This document shows positions 30,230 to 41,293 of a DNA stretch of 64,000 nucleotides, piece by piece; the first letter of the stretch is position 1; each line of letters begins with the position of its first letter. The translations under genes and the position numbers were made by a program. This DNA comes from an uncultured Acidobacteriota bacterium (GTDB lineage: Bacteria > Acidobacteriota > Thermoanaerobaculia > Multivoradales > JBCCEF01): contig CAWJJM010000003.1 of assembly GCA_963843275.1 (NCBI GenBank), positions 117,938-181,937 on the forward strand, in the 5' to 3' direction. The notes beneath the pieces were generated by a model that was not told where the DNA came from, made no database searches, and saw only the letters and a list, made by a program, of their open reading frames with translations.

Positions 30230-32872
30230 TCAGCCCACGGAGTCGGCCGGCGGCGGGGCGGCGAAGACGAAGCGTTGGTAGAGCCAGGCCAGCAGCAGCA
30301 GGCTGGCGCCCAGGCCGAGGAACGACAGCACCCGGTAGAGGTCGGACAGGTGCGCGGTGTCGTAGAGGAACACCTTGCCGGCCGCCAGCGCCATCACCGC
30401 GAGCGACGCCAGCCGCAGCAGCCGCCCGCGATGCCGCGCGACGCCGGTGACGAGCAGCGCGATGCCGAGCACCACCCAGGCGGCCGAGTAGGCGTAGCTC
30501 TCGGCGTGGCCGGCGCCGGGGCCGTCGAGCCAGGCGCCGCGGAAGGCCTGCCGGACCTCGAGGGTGACCAGGGCGAAGAGGAGCACCAGCGCGCCCACCC
30601 CGGCAGCGGCGGCCTCGCCGCGGTCACCGCGCCGGCCGCGGCGGACCGCGTGCGCCGCGAGCAGGGCGGCCGGCACGCCGTAGACCCAGAGCACCAGGTT
30701 GACGATCGGCAGCCGCCCGACCGGCAGGTGGCGCCACGCCGGGTCGGCGAGCAGCACCGGGCCGACGAGCGCCGCGGCCAGCGCGGCGAGCGCCAGCAGG
30801 CGGCCGGCGGCGCCGAGGCCGCGCCCCGGGGCCCGCGCCGCGGCGCGGTCGAGCAGCGCCGCCAGGCCGAGCCAGGCCACCAGCAGCGTCCCCCACTCGC
30901 CGAGGTCGTCCAACGGGGCGTCCCAGGCGGCGCCGTGGAACGCCTGGCGCACCTCCCAGGTGACGCCGGCGACCGCGAAGGCCACCGCCGCGAGCTCGAG
31001 AGCGCGGGCCAGGCCACCGCGCCACTCGCCGGGGGGGCCGGCCGCCTCGCCGGCGCCGCGCAGCCGGGCGGCGCCGAGCGCGAAGGCGGCGAGCGGCAGG
31101 CCGTAGGCGGCCGACAGTCCGTTGAGCACGATCCAGCCGTCCGGGGGGACGTGCAGGCCGGGGGCGAGCAGCAGGCGCGCGGCGACCAGGAGGGCGAGGG
31201 GCACCGCGCCCCGCCACAGCGCCTCCAGCCGCAGGCGCCGGCCCGCCTCGACGAGCAGGAGCACCTCGAGCGCCCAGGCCACCGTCAGGGGAGTGCGCTC
31301 TAGCTCGTAGAAGGCGGCGAGGGCGGCCAGGGCCGCGGCGGCGAGCGCCGGTGCCGCGGCCGCCGCGGCGCCGAGGGCGGCGCGCCGGGACAGCAGCGGA
31401 CCGACCGCGGCCGCGGCGACGGCGGCCAGCGTCAGCAGGAGCGCTCCGGCCGGCAGGGGACGGCCGGCGCGGGCGGCCCCGGCGAGGGCGACGAGGGGCG
31501 CCGCCACGGCTGCGGCGGCCGCCAGGCGGGCCCAGTGCGCCGGCCGCGGGGCGCCCCACAGCGCCGCGTACGAGCCGCCGGCGAACAGGGCCCCGAAGGC
31601 GGCGGTCGTGGCGAGGAAGCGGCCGACCTCGGCGGCGTCGAGGCGCCACGCCCAGGCGACGGCGAGGAGCCCCACCGCGACGGCGGCGAGGCCGGCGAGC
31701 GGCAGGAAGGTGGCGTCGAGCCGCGCCAGCACCAGGACGCCGGCGGCCAGGGCGCCGACGAAGAGCCAGTCGGTGGTGCTGAAGCCCGCCGTCACCACCA
31801 TCCCGGCGAGCAGCGTCAGCGCCCCGGCGACGCCGACCGCGGCGACGGCCGCCGCGGCTCCGCGCCAGCGGCGCGGCGTCCCCGGCTCGGCGCTGGACAC
31901 CACGGCGGCGGTGGCGCCGGCGAGCAGGAACAGGGCCGCCCAGGTGCCGCCGCCGCGGCCCACGGCTCCGGCCAGCCACAGGCCGGTCCAGGCGTAGCCG
32001 CCGGCCAGGGTGGCGAAGGCGAGGGCGGTCCAGCGCCGCCGGCGGGTCACCGCCAGCAGACCGACCTCGAGCAGCAGCAGGTAGGCGAAGAGCTGACCCG
32101 GCCGCGGCGTGGCCGCGGCGACGAGCTGCGGCGTGAGCAGGCCGCCGAGCAGGCCGATCAGCGCCACCATCGGGCCGTGCCGCAGCGACAGGGCGACGGC
32201 GCCGGCGGTGACCACCGCCATGGCGGCGAAGCCGGTGCCCGCGCCCAGCAGGGCGTAGAGCTGGACGGCGGCGAACAGGGCGGCGTAGAGGACGGCGATC
32301 CCCGCCGCCGACAGCCCCTGCGCGATCGACGCCGCCGTCCGGCGCAGCCGCTCGCCCGCGGCGACCAGGAGGGCGCCGAAGGCGAGCGCCGCCAGCACCC
32401 GCACCCGCGGGCCGATCCAGCCCTGGTCGATCGAGTACTTGACCAGGAAGGCCCCGGCGAGGGCGAGGGCGATCGAGCCGATCCAGACCGGCAGCCGTGC
32501 CCCGAGACGCTCCTCGAGCGAGGGGCGGGACCGCAGGGGCGGAGGGGCGGTCGCCGGAGGCCGCGACGGCGCCGGCGGGGCCGGCGCGGGAGCGGGCTCG
32601 CCGCCGTCGCCGGGTCCCGGTACGGCGGCCGCCGGCGGAGGCGAAGCGGTCCCCGGGGCGGGCGGCCGCTCGGGTGCCGGCGCCGCTGCGAGGCGCCGGC
32701 TGAGGTCGTCGACGCGGCTCTCGAGCCGGGCGACGCGATCGGCGAGTCCGCCGGCGTCGGGCGGCGACGGCCGCCGCAGGCGCCGCCAGGCCGCCAGCAA
32801 GAGGGCCGCACCGACCGCCGTCAGGGCGACGGTGGCGCCGAAGGCGAGCAGGCCGAGGAGGAAGAGCTCCAT
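30230..32872 (-). CDS. DUF2339 family membrane protein
   Basis: LEERLG...WIG...FLVKYSIDQGWIGP and KVFLYD...YRVLSFLGLG motifs; many TM helices. Confidence 0.87.
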   Translation of the reverse strand: MELFLLGLLAFGATVALTAVGAALLLAAWRRLRRPSPPDAGGLADRVARLESRVDDLSRRLAAAPAPERPPAPGTASPPPAAAVPGPGDGGEPAPAPAPPAPSRPPATAPPPLRSRPSLEERLGARLPVWIGSIALALAGAFLVKYSIDQGWIGPRVRVLAALAFGALLVAAGERLRRTAASIAQGLSAAGIAVLYAALFAAVQLYALLGAGTGFAAMAVVTAGAVALSLRHGPMVALIGLLGGLLTPQLVAAATPRPGQLFAYLLLLEVGLLAVTRRRRWTALAFATLAGGYAWTGLWLAGAVGRGGGTWAALFLLAGATAAVVSSAEPGTPRRWRGAAAAVAAVGVAGALTLLAGMVVTAGFSTTDWLFVGALAAGVLVLARLDATFLPLAGLAAVAVGLLAVAWAWRLDAAEVGRFLATTAAFGALFAGGSYAALWGAPRPAHWARLAAAAAVAAPLVALAGAARAGRPLPAGALLLTLAAVAAAAVGPLLSRRAALGAAAAAAPALAAAALAALAAFYELERTPLTVAWALEVLLLVEAGRRLRLEALWRGAVPLALLVAARLLLAPGLHVPPDGWIVLNGLSAAYGLPLAAFALGAARLRGAGEAAGPPGEWRGGLARALELAAVAFAVAGVTWEVRQAFHGAAWDAPLDDLGEWGTLLVAWLGLAALLDRAAARAPGRGLGAAGRLLALAALAAALVGPVLLADPAWRHLPVGRLPIVNLVLWVYGVPAALLAAHAVRRGRRGDRGEAAAAGVGALVLLFALVTLEVRQAFRGAWLDGPGAGHAESYAYSAAWVVLGIALLVTGVARHRGRLLRLASLAVMALAAGKVFLYDTAHLSDLYRVLSFLGLGASLLLLAWLYQRFVFAAPPPADSVG

Positions 32873-32955
32873 GACGAGGGTCGGTCCGCGAGGATTGTAG
32901 GCGACCGGCGGGGCGGCCCCCTCCCGGCGGCCGGGGCTGCTAGCATCGCGGTCCC

Positions 32956-34077
32956 ATGGTGCGCCCCGCGATCGCCCGCCGGCTCGGCGTCCTGCTGCTG
33001 GCGCTGCCGCTCGCCGTGGCCTCGGCGCCGCCCTGCCGGGCGCAGGACAGCGCCGCCGAGAAGGTGCAGCAGGCGGTGGGCGCGGCCACCGCCCCCACCC
33101 AGGGGCAGCCGGCGCAGCCCGACGGCCGCGCCGGCGACGAGGCCGGGTCCGAGGTCCCGGCCGCCCTCGAGTTCTCCGGCGACCCGCTGTCGGCGCGCGC
33201 CTGGAAGCGCTACGGCCGGCAGCTCGTCGACGCCGCCATCGGCTTCGTCCCCGACGTCGTGCGGGCGCTCATCGTCCTCGTCGTCTTCTGGGTGCTCTAC
33301 CGCATCGCGGCCGGCGTGTTCCGCAGCGCCCTGCGGCGCACCAAGGCCGACCCGTCGGTGCTCTCGATCGGCACCCGGCTGCTGCGCTACGTGCTCTTCG
33401 CCTTCGCGGTGGTGATGGCGGCGAGCGAGCTGGGCTTCAACGTCGGCTCGATCCTCGCCGGCATCTCGATCCTCGGCCTGGCGGTGGGGCTGGCGGCGCA
33501 GGAGAGCCTCGGCAACGTGGTGGCCGGCCTGACCATCCTGTTCGACCGCCCCTACCGGGTGGGCGACAACGTCACCATCGCCGGCACCTTCGGCCAGGTC
33601 AAGGAGATCAGCCTGCGCACCACGCGCATCCTCACCGTCGAGCGGCTGGACGCGATCGTGCCCAACCGCGAGATCGTCAAGCAGGAGATCGTCAACCACA
33701 CGCTGAACCCGCAGCTCCGGCTGGGCGTGCCGCTGTCGGTGGCCTACAAGGAGGACACGCGGGAGGCGCGGCGGGTGCTGCTGGCCGCGGTCGAGGGCCA
33801 CCGGCTGATCCTCGACGAACCGGCCCCCGCCGTGGTGGTCCAGGAGCTCGCCGACTCGGGCGTCGACCTCGAGCTGCGGGTGTGGCTGCGCGACCCCTAC
33901 ACCGAGCGCGAGGCGCTGTTCGAGATGACCGAGCTGGCCAAGATCGCGCTCGACGAGGCGGGCATCGAGATCCCCTTCCCGCAGCTCACGCTGCACGCGG
34001 GCACGGGCACCTTCGGCGTCCGGCGGGTGGACGCCCCGGAGCGGCCCGTCGCGCAAGGCGACGACCCCGGCGAGTGA
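32956..34077 (+). CDS. MscS family small-conductance mechanosensitive channel
   Basis: GLAVGLAAQESLGNVVAG, DRPYRVGD, IVPN and AGIEIPFPQ motifs. Confidence 0.9.
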   Translation: MVRPAIARRLGVLLLALPLAVASAPPCRAQDSAAEKVQQAVGAATAPTQGQPAQPDGRAGDEAGSEVPAALEFSGDPLSARAWKRYGRQLVDAAIGFVPDVVRALIVLVVFWVLYRIAAGVFRSALRRTKADPSVLSIGTRLLRYVLFAFAVVMAASELGFNVGSILAGISILGLAVGLAAQESLGNVVAGLTILFDRPYRVGDNVTIAGTFGQVKEISLRTTRILTVERLDAIVPNREIVKQEIVNHTLNPQLRLGVPLSVAYKEDTREARRVLLAAVEGHRLILDEPAPAVVVQELADSGVDLELRVWLRDPYTEREALFEMTELAKIALDEAGIEIPFPQLTLHAGTGTFGVRRVDAPERPVAQGDDPGE

Positions 34078-34121
34078 TCCCGGCGGGCTGCTAGACTCAC
34101 CCCTCCCGGGCGAGGTGGTCG

Positions 34122-34484
34122 ATGATCGTCGAGAAGCGACAGGCGGAGGGGTTCACGCTGCTCCTGGTCGAGGGGGTGGTGAAGCTCGGCGAGAGCGCCC
34201 AGTTCTTCGCCCAGACCCTCGAGCGGGCGCTGGCCGACGACCGCGGCCACGTGCTGATCGACTTCTCGAGGATCAACTACATCGACTCGACCGGGATCGG
34301 CGAGCTGGTCGGCTACCTGGCGCGCTTCCGCGACCAGCGTCGCAAGCTCATCCTGGTCAACCCCTCCGAGCGCATCACCCGGCTGTTGGTGGTGGCGCGG
34401 CTGGCCGACCAGTTCCCCACCTACGACACGGTGGAGGCGGCGATGGCGGCGGAGGGCCGCGTGCCGGGGGCGGCGGGCGGCTGA
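34122..34484 (+). CDS. STAS-domain anti-sigma factor antagonist
   Basis: IDFSRINYIDSTGIGEL with the phosphoacceptor Ser; SD GAGGTG upstream. Confidence 0.88.
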   Translation: MIVEKRQAEGFTLLLVEGVVKLGESAQFFAQTLERALADDRGHVLIDFSRINYIDSTGIGELVGYLARFRDQRRKLILVNPSERITRLLVVARLADQFPTYDTVEAAMAAEGRVPGAAGG

Positions 34485-34507
34485 CCGCGCCGCCCGCCCG
34501 GGTCCCC

Positions 34508-35554
34508 TTGTCCGCCCTGGTCCCGCTGGCGACCGTCTTCCGCGGCGGCCTCCCCGAGTCGTTCCACTTCGGCGCCGCCGCCGTGGCGACCCCTGCCGGC
34601 CGCCCGGTGGCTCACCTCGGCGATCCCTCGCTCGCCACCTTCGTCCGCTCCGCGGCCAAGCCGTTCCAGGCCCTGCCGCTGGTGCTCGCCGGCGGGGCGG
34701 AACGCTTCTCCCTGGCGGCGGCCGACCTGGCGCTGATCTGCGCCTCCCACGCCGGCCGGCCCGAGCACGTCGAACGGGCCGCGGCGCTGCTCGCCCGCGG
34801 CGGCCTCGACGCCGGCCACCTGCGCTGCGGCGCCCACCCGCCGCTCGATGCGGCGGCCGCCCGCGAGCTCGCCGCCCGCGGCAGCGCGCCGGGCCCGCTG
34901 CACAACAACTGCTCGGGCAAGCACGCCGGGATGCTGCTCGCCTGCCGGCTGCTCGAGCTGCCGCTCGCCGGCTACCTGGACCCCGACCACCCATTGCAGC
35001 GCCGCATCCTCGGCCACGTGGCGCGGTTCGCCGGTCTGGACCCGGCGGACGTCGGAGTGGGCACCGACGGCTGCGGCGCCCCCGCCTTCCACCTGCCGCT
35101 CGCCGCGGCGGCCCGCGGCTACGCTGCGCTGGTGGCCCCGGAGCTGGCGGCCGGGCTCGACGCCGGTGCCGAGGGCGACGCGGCGGCCGTGGCGGGCGCG
35201 GCGGGGCGCATCGTCGCCGCGATGACGGAGGTGCCGGAGATGGTGGCGGGGCCGGGGCGGTTCACCACCCGGCTGATGCGCGCCACCGGCGGCCGCCTGC
35301 TGGCCAAGGAGGGTGCGGAGGCCTTCTACGCCGTCGGGGTGCGCGGGCCGGTGGCGTTGGGCCTCGCGCTGAAGATCGCCGACGGCGGCGAGCGGGCCCG
35401 CGACGGCGTGGTGATCGACCTGCTGCGCCAGCTCGGCTGCCTGTCGGCGGAGGAGTTCGCGGAGCTGGCCGACCGGCGTCGCCCTCCGGTGGTCGACCGG
35501 CGGGGCGGCGTGGTCGGCGAGGTGGTCCCCGACTTCGAGCTGGCCGAAGGCTGA
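34508..35554 (+). CDS. L-asparaginase II (rhizobial-type) family
   Basis: RSAAKPFQA, CASHAG, NNCSGKHAGML, DGCG and AKEGAEA motifs; TTG start is uncertain. Confidence 0.85.
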   Translation: MSALVPLATVFRGGLPESFHFGAAAVATPAGRPVAHLGDPSLATFVRSAAKPFQALPLVLAGGAERFSLAAADLALICASHAGRPEHVERAAALLARGGLDAGHLRCGAHPPLDAAAARELAARGSAPGPLHNNCSGKHAGMLLACRLLELPLAGYLDPDHPLQRRILGHVARFAGLDPADVGVGTDGCGAPAFHLPLAAAARGYAALVAPELAAGLDAGAEGDAAAVAGAAGRIVAAMTEVPEMVAGPGRFTTRLMRATGGRLLAKEGAEAFYAVGVRGPVALGLALKIADGGERARDGVVIDLLRQLGCLSAEEFAELADRRRPPVVDRRGGVVGEVVPDFELAEG

Positions 35555-35564
35555 AGGGGCGGGT

Positions 35565-36116
35565 ATGCTGACGGCGATGCGCCGCGGACCCCGCGATCCC
35601 GTCCCCGCGCCGCCGGGCGCGATGCCGCGGCGCTCCCGCGGCGTCCGGCCGCCGGCCCGGGTGGCGCTGCCGCTGCTGCTGGCCTGCTGCCTCCTCCCGG
35701 CGCTGGCCGGCTGTCGCTCGACGCGGATGAGCGAGGCCACCCTCTTCCGCCGCGTCCAGCCGGCGGTCGCCTTCGAGATCGTCCGCGACACCCCGGGCGT
35801 GCCGATCCTCGACCTGCGCCCGGCCGAGGAGTTCCACGGACCGCTCGGCCACCTGCCGCGGGCGCGCAGCCTGCCGCTCGCCGAGATCGAGGCGCGCCCG
35901 GAGCTGCTGCGCGGCCTCGGCGACGAGACGTTCCTGGTCTACTGCCGGCGGGACGAGTGCGGGTCGGCGGTGATGGATCGGCTGCGCGCCCTCGGGTACG
36001 AGGACGCGATGCTGATCGAGGGCGGCATCGAAGCCTGGGTCGCGGCGGGCTTCGCCACCGTCGGTGCCAGCTCCCCGGAGGGGCACGCCGCCGGTCATCC
36101 CCGGTCGCCGGGCTAG
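35565..36116 (+). CDS. Rhodanese-like domain protein, probable lipoprotein
   Basis: LDLRPAEEF, GHLPRA, LVYC and EGGIEAW motifs; LAGC lipobox; start uncertain. Confidence 0.8.
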   Translation: MLTAMRRGPRDPVPAPPGAMPRRSRGVRPPARVALPLLLACCLLPALAGCRSTRMSEATLFRRVQPAVAFEIVRDTPGVPILDLRPAEEFHGPLGHLPRARSLPLAEIEARPELLRGLGDETFLVYCRRDECGSAVMDRLRALGYEDAMLIEGGIEAWVAAGFATVGASSPEGHAAGHPRSPG

Positions 36117-36151
36117 CCGGACCGGGCACAGGGCCTGCACGCGACTTCCGC

Positions 36152-37744
36152 GTGCCCCCGCCCGTCCTCATCGCCGGTGCCGGCCCGGTGGGTCTGTCCC
36201 TCGCCCTCGGCCTGGCGCGCCACGGCGTCCGCGCGCTCGTGGTGGAGGAGGACGACGAGCTCTCGGAGCACTCGCGCGCCCCCGCCCTCCACACCCGCAC
36301 CCTGGAGATCTTCCGCGCCTGGGGGGTCCTCGACGACTTCCTCGCGGCGGGCGACCTGCGCACCCGGGTGGCGCTCTGGGTGCCCGGCCGGGAGCGCCCC
36401 GCGTTCGAGCTCGACCTGACCCCGCTCACCGAGCTGTCGGCCTGCGGCGGGATGATGATCCTGCCGCAGAACCGAACCGAGCGGCTGCTCGCCGACGCCG
36501 TCGCGGACAGCGGGATGGTGGAGGTGCGCTTCGGCCACCGCCTGGCCTCGTTCTCGGCCGGCGCCGAGGGCGTCGTGGCGCGGGTCGAACCCCGCGGTGG
36601 CGCCGCCTACGACGTCGAGGCCGGGTTCCTCGTCGGCTGCGACGGCGCCGACTCGACGGTGCGCCGTGGCCTCGAGCTGCCCTTCCCGGGCAAGACCTAC
36701 CCGAGCCGGCTGATGCTCGCCGACGTCACCTTCCCCGACGCCCGCGGCGAGCTCCCCGGGCCGCGCCTGGCGCCGCTGCGCCGCGGCCTGCTCTTCGCCC
36801 TGCCGCTGGGGGAGGGGCTGTGGCGCATCGTCGGCAGCCTCGGCCGCCAGGAGAGCGAGGAGGAGGCGGTGGGGGAGGCGGGCGTCGGCGGGCGGGTGGA
36901 GGAGCTGTTCGGAGCCGGCCCGTGGCGCACCGTCTGGGCGAGCACCTTCGAGATCCACTGTCGCACCAGCCCACGGTTCCGCGCCGGCCGGGTGCTGCTC
37001 GCCGGCGACGCCGCGCACGTCAACAGCCCGGCCGGGGGCCAGGGGATGAACAGCGGCATCCAGGACGCGCACAACCTGGCCTGGAAGCTGGGCCGGGTCT
37101 TCGCCGGCGGCGACGCGGAGGTGCTGCTCGGGTCGTACGACGCCGAGCGCCGGCCGGCGGTGCTCACCCGCACCGACCGCTTCACCGACCTGCTCACCCG
37201 CTTCGCCCTGCTGCCCGTGCCGCTGCTGCGGCGCGCCGGCGCCGCGGTGGCGCGGGCCGCCCTGGGCCGCCGCTGGACGATGCGCCGGATCGCGCCGCGG
37301 ATCGGCATGCTGGACGTGCGCTACAGCGGCTCGCCGCTGCTGGCCGGCGGCGACGGCCGGGTGGGGGCGCGCGCTCCCGACGGGGTGCTGCTGCGCCCGG
37401 GCGGCGGGCAGGTCCGGGTGCACGACCTGTGCTGTCCCACCTCGGCGCTGCTCCTCTTCGACGACGAGCGCCTGCCGCGCTGGGCGCCGGCCGAGGTGCG
37501 GCGCCTGCTCGGCGTCGTCGACGGCGTCGGGGTGCACCGTGTGCTGCCGGCGGAGACGGAGGCGCGGTTGGGGGCCGACGACCTGCGGGACAGCGACGAC
37601 TCGGTGTGGCGGCGCTGGGGCGCGGAGGCCGGGCTGGTGGCCCTGGTGCGCCCCGACGGGCACGTCGGCTGGACGGCGCACCGCCCGCGGCCGGAGGCGC
37701 TGGTGACCGCCGTCGGCCGGGCCCTCGGAGCGCGCCCCGGTTGA
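36152..37744 (+). CDS. FAD-dependent monooxygenase (PheA/TfdB-like)
   Basis: IAGAGPVG, GCDGADS, LAGDAAH...GGQGMNSGIQDAHNL and VRPDGHV motifs. Confidence 0.9.
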   Translation: MPPPVLIAGAGPVGLSLALGLARHGVRALVVEEDDELSEHSRAPALHTRTLEIFRAWGVLDDFLAAGDLRTRVALWVPGRERPAFELDLTPLTELSACGGMMILPQNRTERLLADAVADSGMVEVRFGHRLASFSAGAEGVVARVEPRGGAAYDVEAGFLVGCDGADSTVRRGLELPFPGKTYPSRLMLADVTFPDARGELPGPRLAPLRRGLLFALPLGEGLWRIVGSLGRQESEEEAVGEAGVGGRVEELFGAGPWRTVWASTFEIHCRTSPRFRAGRVLLAGDAAHVNSPAGGQGMNSGIQDAHNLAWKLGRVFAGGDAEVLLGSYDAERRPAVLTRTDRFTDLLTRFALLPVPLLRRAGAAVARAALGRRWTMRRIAPRIGMLDVRYSGSPLLAGGDGRVGARAPDGVLLRPGGGQVRVHDLCCPTSALLLFDDERLPRWAPAEVRRLLGVVDGVGVHRVLPAETEARLGADDLRDSDDSVWRRWGAEAGLVALVRPDGHVGWTAHRPRPEALVTAVGRALGARPG

Positions 37745-37760
37745 GCCGGCCCGCGCCGCC

Positions 37761-38078
37761 TCAGCGCGGCGGCCGGGCGACGATGCGCTCCACCTCCAGC
37801 GTGGTGCCCTGCTGGCAGATCGAGCTCTCGGCGCGGTGGCCGGTCACGTGCACGCGGTCGCCGCTGGTCAGCCCGTGGAGGTCGCCGGTCAGGGTGTAGA
37901 GGAAGCCGTCCATCCCCCGCATCCCCTGGCACTCGACCCCCTCGTCGGTGAGCAGGCCGTCGAGCTCGACGGTCTCCGCGGCGGCGCCGGGCGCCGGCGG
38001 GGCGGGCGGCGCCGCGCCGTCGCGCCCGCAGGAGAGGGCGGCGACGAGGACGAGGAGCAGGGCGGGCGGCCGCGGCAC
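37761..38078 (-). CDS. Small lipoprotein (DUF5818-like OB-fold)
   Basis: Hydrophobic leader with lipobox ALSC; EGVEC and SICQQG Cys pair. Confidence 0.65.
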   Translation of the reverse strand: MPRPPALLLVLVAALSCGRDGAAPPAPPAPGAAAETVELDGLLTDEGVECQGMRGMDGFLYTLTGDLHGLTSGDRVHVTGHRAESSICQQGTTLEVERIVARPPR

Positions 38079-38176
38079 GGACCGCACGCTACCACCGCGG
38101 CGGCCCCGCTCGGGCCCGCCGGTGCCGTGCGCGGCGCCGCGGCGCGCGCCCGCCGCTTTGCGGCAATAATGGGCCC

Positions 38177-38910
38177 GTGGGAGCGCCCGACCAGGCTGCC
38201 GCGGCGGCCGAGCCGGTCTTCTCGGCCCGCGGGGTGACCAAGGTCTACTCCATGGGCGAGGTCGAGGTGCACGCCCTGCGCGGCGTCGACCTCGACCTGT
38301 GGGCCGGGGAGCTGGTGGTGCTGCTCGGGCCGTCGGGTCGGGCAAGTCGACGCTGCTCAACCTGCTCGGCGGCCTCGACACGCCGTCGTCGGGGGTCATC
38401 CGCTACCGCGACCACGAGCTGACCGCGGCCGACGACCGCGAGCTGACCCGCTACCGGCGCGAGCACGTCGGCTTCGTCTTCCAGTTCTACAACCTGATCC
38501 CCAGCCTGACCGCGCGCGAGAACGTGGCGCTGGTCACCGACATCGCCAGCCGGCCGATGCGCCCCGAGGAGGCGCTCGAGCTGGTCGGCCTCGGGCCCCG
38601 CCTCGACCACTTCCCGGCCCAGCTCTCGGGCGGCGAGCAGCAGCGCGTCGCCATCGCCCGCGCCATCGCCAAGCGCCCCGAGGTGCTGCTCTGCGACGAG
38701 CCCACCGGCGCGCTCGACATCACCACCGGCGTGGTGGTGCTCGAGGCGATCGAGCGGGTCAACCGCGAGCTCGGCACCACCACCGCCGTGATCACCCACA
38801 ACGCCGCCATCGCCGGCATCGCCGACCGCGTCGTGCAGCTCGCCGACGGGCGCATCACCGACGTCCGCTCCAACCCCCGCAAGCTCGCGCCGCGCGAGCT
38901 GTCCTGGTAG
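38177..38910 (+). CDS. ABC exporter ATP-binding subunit (LolD/MacB-type), one frameshift near 38336
   Basis: Walker A GPSGSGKST is split by a missing G in a G-run; [25 protein letters not shown] and ITH motifs follow. Confidence 0.85.
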
Positions 38911-38919
38911 GCGCGCCGG

Positions 38920-41283
38920 ATGCGTGCCCTGCACCGCAAGCTGCTGCGCGACCTCTGGGGGATCCGGAGCCAGGCGCTGGCGATCGCCCTGGTGATCGCC
39001 TCCGGGGTGACGGTGTCGGTGATGTACGTCTCGACCTTCCGCTCGCTGCGGCTCACCCAGGCCACCTACTACCAGCGCTACCGCTTCGCGGACGTCTTCG
39101 CCTCGTTGGTCCGGGCGCCGCGCTCGCTGGTCGAGCGCATCGGGGCGATCCCCGGCGTCGCCGCGGTCGACGCGCGCGTGGTGGCCGACGTCACCCTGGA
39201 CGTCCCGGGGATGAGCGAGCCGGCGACCGGGCGGCTGATCTCGACGCCGGCCGGCGGCTCACCGCCGCTCGACCGCCTCTACCTGCGCTCCGGCCGCTGG
39301 CTGGCGGCCGGCCGGCCCGACGAGGTGCTGGTGTCGGAGGGCTTCGCCCTGGCCCACGGGCTGGTCCCCGGCGACCACCTCGCGGCGCTGTTGCACGGGC
39401 GCCGCCGGCGGCTCGAGGTCGTCGGGGTCGCGCTCTCGCCCGAGTTCGTCTACGCCATCCGGCCCGGCGAGGTGCTGCCCGACGACGCGCGCTTCGGTGT
39501 CCTGTGGATGGAGCGGCGGGCGCTGGCCAACGCCTTCGACATGGAGGGGGCCTTCAACGAGGTGGCGGTGGCGGTGGGGCCGGGGGCGTCGGTGCCGGAG
39601 GTGATCGACCGCCTCGACCGGCTGCTCGACCGCTACGGGGGGCGCGGCGCCATCCCCCGCGCCCTGCAGACCTCGCACTGGTACCTGGAGAGCGAGATCC
39701 AGGGCCTGGAGGTGATGGGGACGGCGATGCCGGCGGTGTTCCTGGCGGTGGCGGCGTTCCTGCTCGACGTGGTGATGGCCCGCATCGTCGCCGTGCAGCG
39801 CGAGCAGATCGCGGCGCTCAAGGCGCTCGGCTACACCGATCGGGAGATCGGCCTGCACTACGTCGGCTGGGGGCTGGTGGTGGCCGGGGTGGGCATCGCG
39901 GTGGGGGTGGGCGCCGGCTCCTGGCTGGGTGCCGGGATGATCCGCATCTACAACGACTACTTCCGCTTCCCCGTGCTGACCTACCGGCTCGACCCCGCGG
40001 TCCTCGTGGGGACGGTGGGGGTGGCCCTGGTCGCCGCGGTGGCGGGCGTCGCGACCGCGGTGCGCCGTGCCGTGCGCCTGCCGCCGGCCGAGGCGATGCG
40101 GCCCGAGCCGCCGGCGGTCTACCGGCGGGGGCTCCTGGAGACGTCGTGGCTCGGCCGCCTGCTCTCGGCGCCCGGCCGCATGGTGCTGCGCAACCTGCTG
40201 CGGCGCCCGGCCCGCGCCCTCGCGGCGATCGCCGGCATCGCCTGCGCCGGCGCCATGATGGTGGCGACGCTGTTCTTCTACGACGCCTTCGACGAGGTGG
40301 TCGACGTCACCTTCCGGGTCGCCCAGCGCCAGGACGTGACGGTCAGCTTCGTCGAGCCGGTCTCGGGCGAGGCGCTGCACGAGGTCGAGCGGCTCCCGGG
40401 CGTCCTCTCCGCCGAGCCGCTGCGCTCGGTGGCGGTGCGGCTGCGCCACGGCCACCGCTCGCGCCAGATCGGTCTGCTCGGCCTGCCCGCGGCGCCGCGC
40501 CTCAACCGGGTGGTCAGCCGCGATCTGCGGCCGGTGAAACTGCCGCCGGACGGCCTGGTGCTGTCGGACAAGCTGGCGCGGATCCTCGGCGTCGGGGCCG
40601 GCGACGTGGTGTCGGTCGAGGTGCTCGAGGGCGAGCGGCCGGTGCGGCGCGTGCGGGTGGCACGGGTGATCGAGGAGTACCTCGGGACCAACGCCTACAT
40701 GGAGATCGACGCCCTGCACCGGATGTTGCGCGAGGGCCCCACGCTGTCGGGCGCCTTCCTGGCGGTCGACGCGGCGCGCAGCGACGTGCTCTACCGGCGT
40801 CTGAAACGGCTGCCGAAGGTGGCCGGCGTCGACATCAAGCGGGCGGCGGTGGCCAGCTTCCGCGACACCCTCGACGAGACCATGGGCCTGTTCGTCGCCT
40901 TCAGCGTCGGCTTCGCCGGCGTCATCGCCTTCGGGGTGATCTACAACGCGGCGCGGGTGTCGCTGTCCGAGCGCAGCCGCGAGATGGCCAGCCTGCGGGT
41001 GCTGGGCTTCACCCGCGGCGAGGTCGCCACCCTGCTGCTCGGCGAGCTGGCGGCGCTCACCGTCGCGGCCCTGCCGCTGGGCATGGCGCTCGGCCGCGGG
41101 CTGGCCGCGCTGCTGGTCCACGCGTACGACACCGAGCTCTACCGCTTCCCGCTGATCGTCCTGCCGCGCACCTACGCGGTGGCCGTCGCCACCGTGCTGG
41201 CCGCGGCCGCGGTCTCCGGAGCGGTGGTGCGCCGCCGCCTGGCGCGGCTCGACCTGGTGGCGGTGCTCAAGACCCGGGAGTGA
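38920..41283 (+). CDS. FtsX/MacB-like ABC exporter permease
   Basis: Duplicated FtsX pattern ([12 protein letters not shown]; [13 protein letters not shown]); multiple TM helices. Confidence 0.9.
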   Translation: MRALHRKLLRDLWGIRSQALAIALVIASGVTVSVMYVSTFRSLRLTQATYYQRYRFADVFASLVRAPRSLVERIGAIPGVAAVDARVVADVTLDVPGMSEPATGRLISTPAGGSPPLDRLYLRSGRWLAAGRPDEVLVSEGFALAHGLVPGDHLAALLHGRRRRLEVVGVALSPEFVYAIRPGEVLPDDARFGVLWMERRALANAFDMEGAFNEVAVAVGPGASVPEVIDRLDRLLDRYGGRGAIPRALQTSHWYLESEIQGLEVMGTAMPAVFLAVAAFLLDVVMARIVAVQREQIAALKALGYTDREIGLHYVGWGLVVAGVGIAVGVGAGSWLGAGMIRIYNDYFRFPVLTYRLDPAVLVGTVGVALVAAVAGVATAVRRAVRLPPAEAMRPEPPAVYRRGLLETSWLGRLLSAPGRMVLRNLLRRPARALAAIAGIACAGAMMVATLFFYDAFDEVVDVTFRVAQRQDVTVSFVEPVSGEALHEVERLPGVLSAEPLRSVAVRLRHGHRSRQIGLLGLPAAPRLNRVVSRDLRPVKLPPDGLVLSDKLARILGVGAGDVVSVEVLEGERPVRRVRVARVIEEYLGTNAYMEIDALHRMLREGPTLSGAFLAVDAARSDVLYRRLKRLPKVAGVDIKRAAVASFRDTLDETMGLFVAFSVGFAGVIAFGVIYNAARVSLSERSREMASLRVLGFTRGEVATLLLGELAALTVAALPLGMALGRGLAALLVHAYDTELYRFPLIVLPRTYAVAVATVLAAAAVSGAVVRRRLARLDLVAVLKTRE

Positions 41284-41293
41284 GGAGCCGACC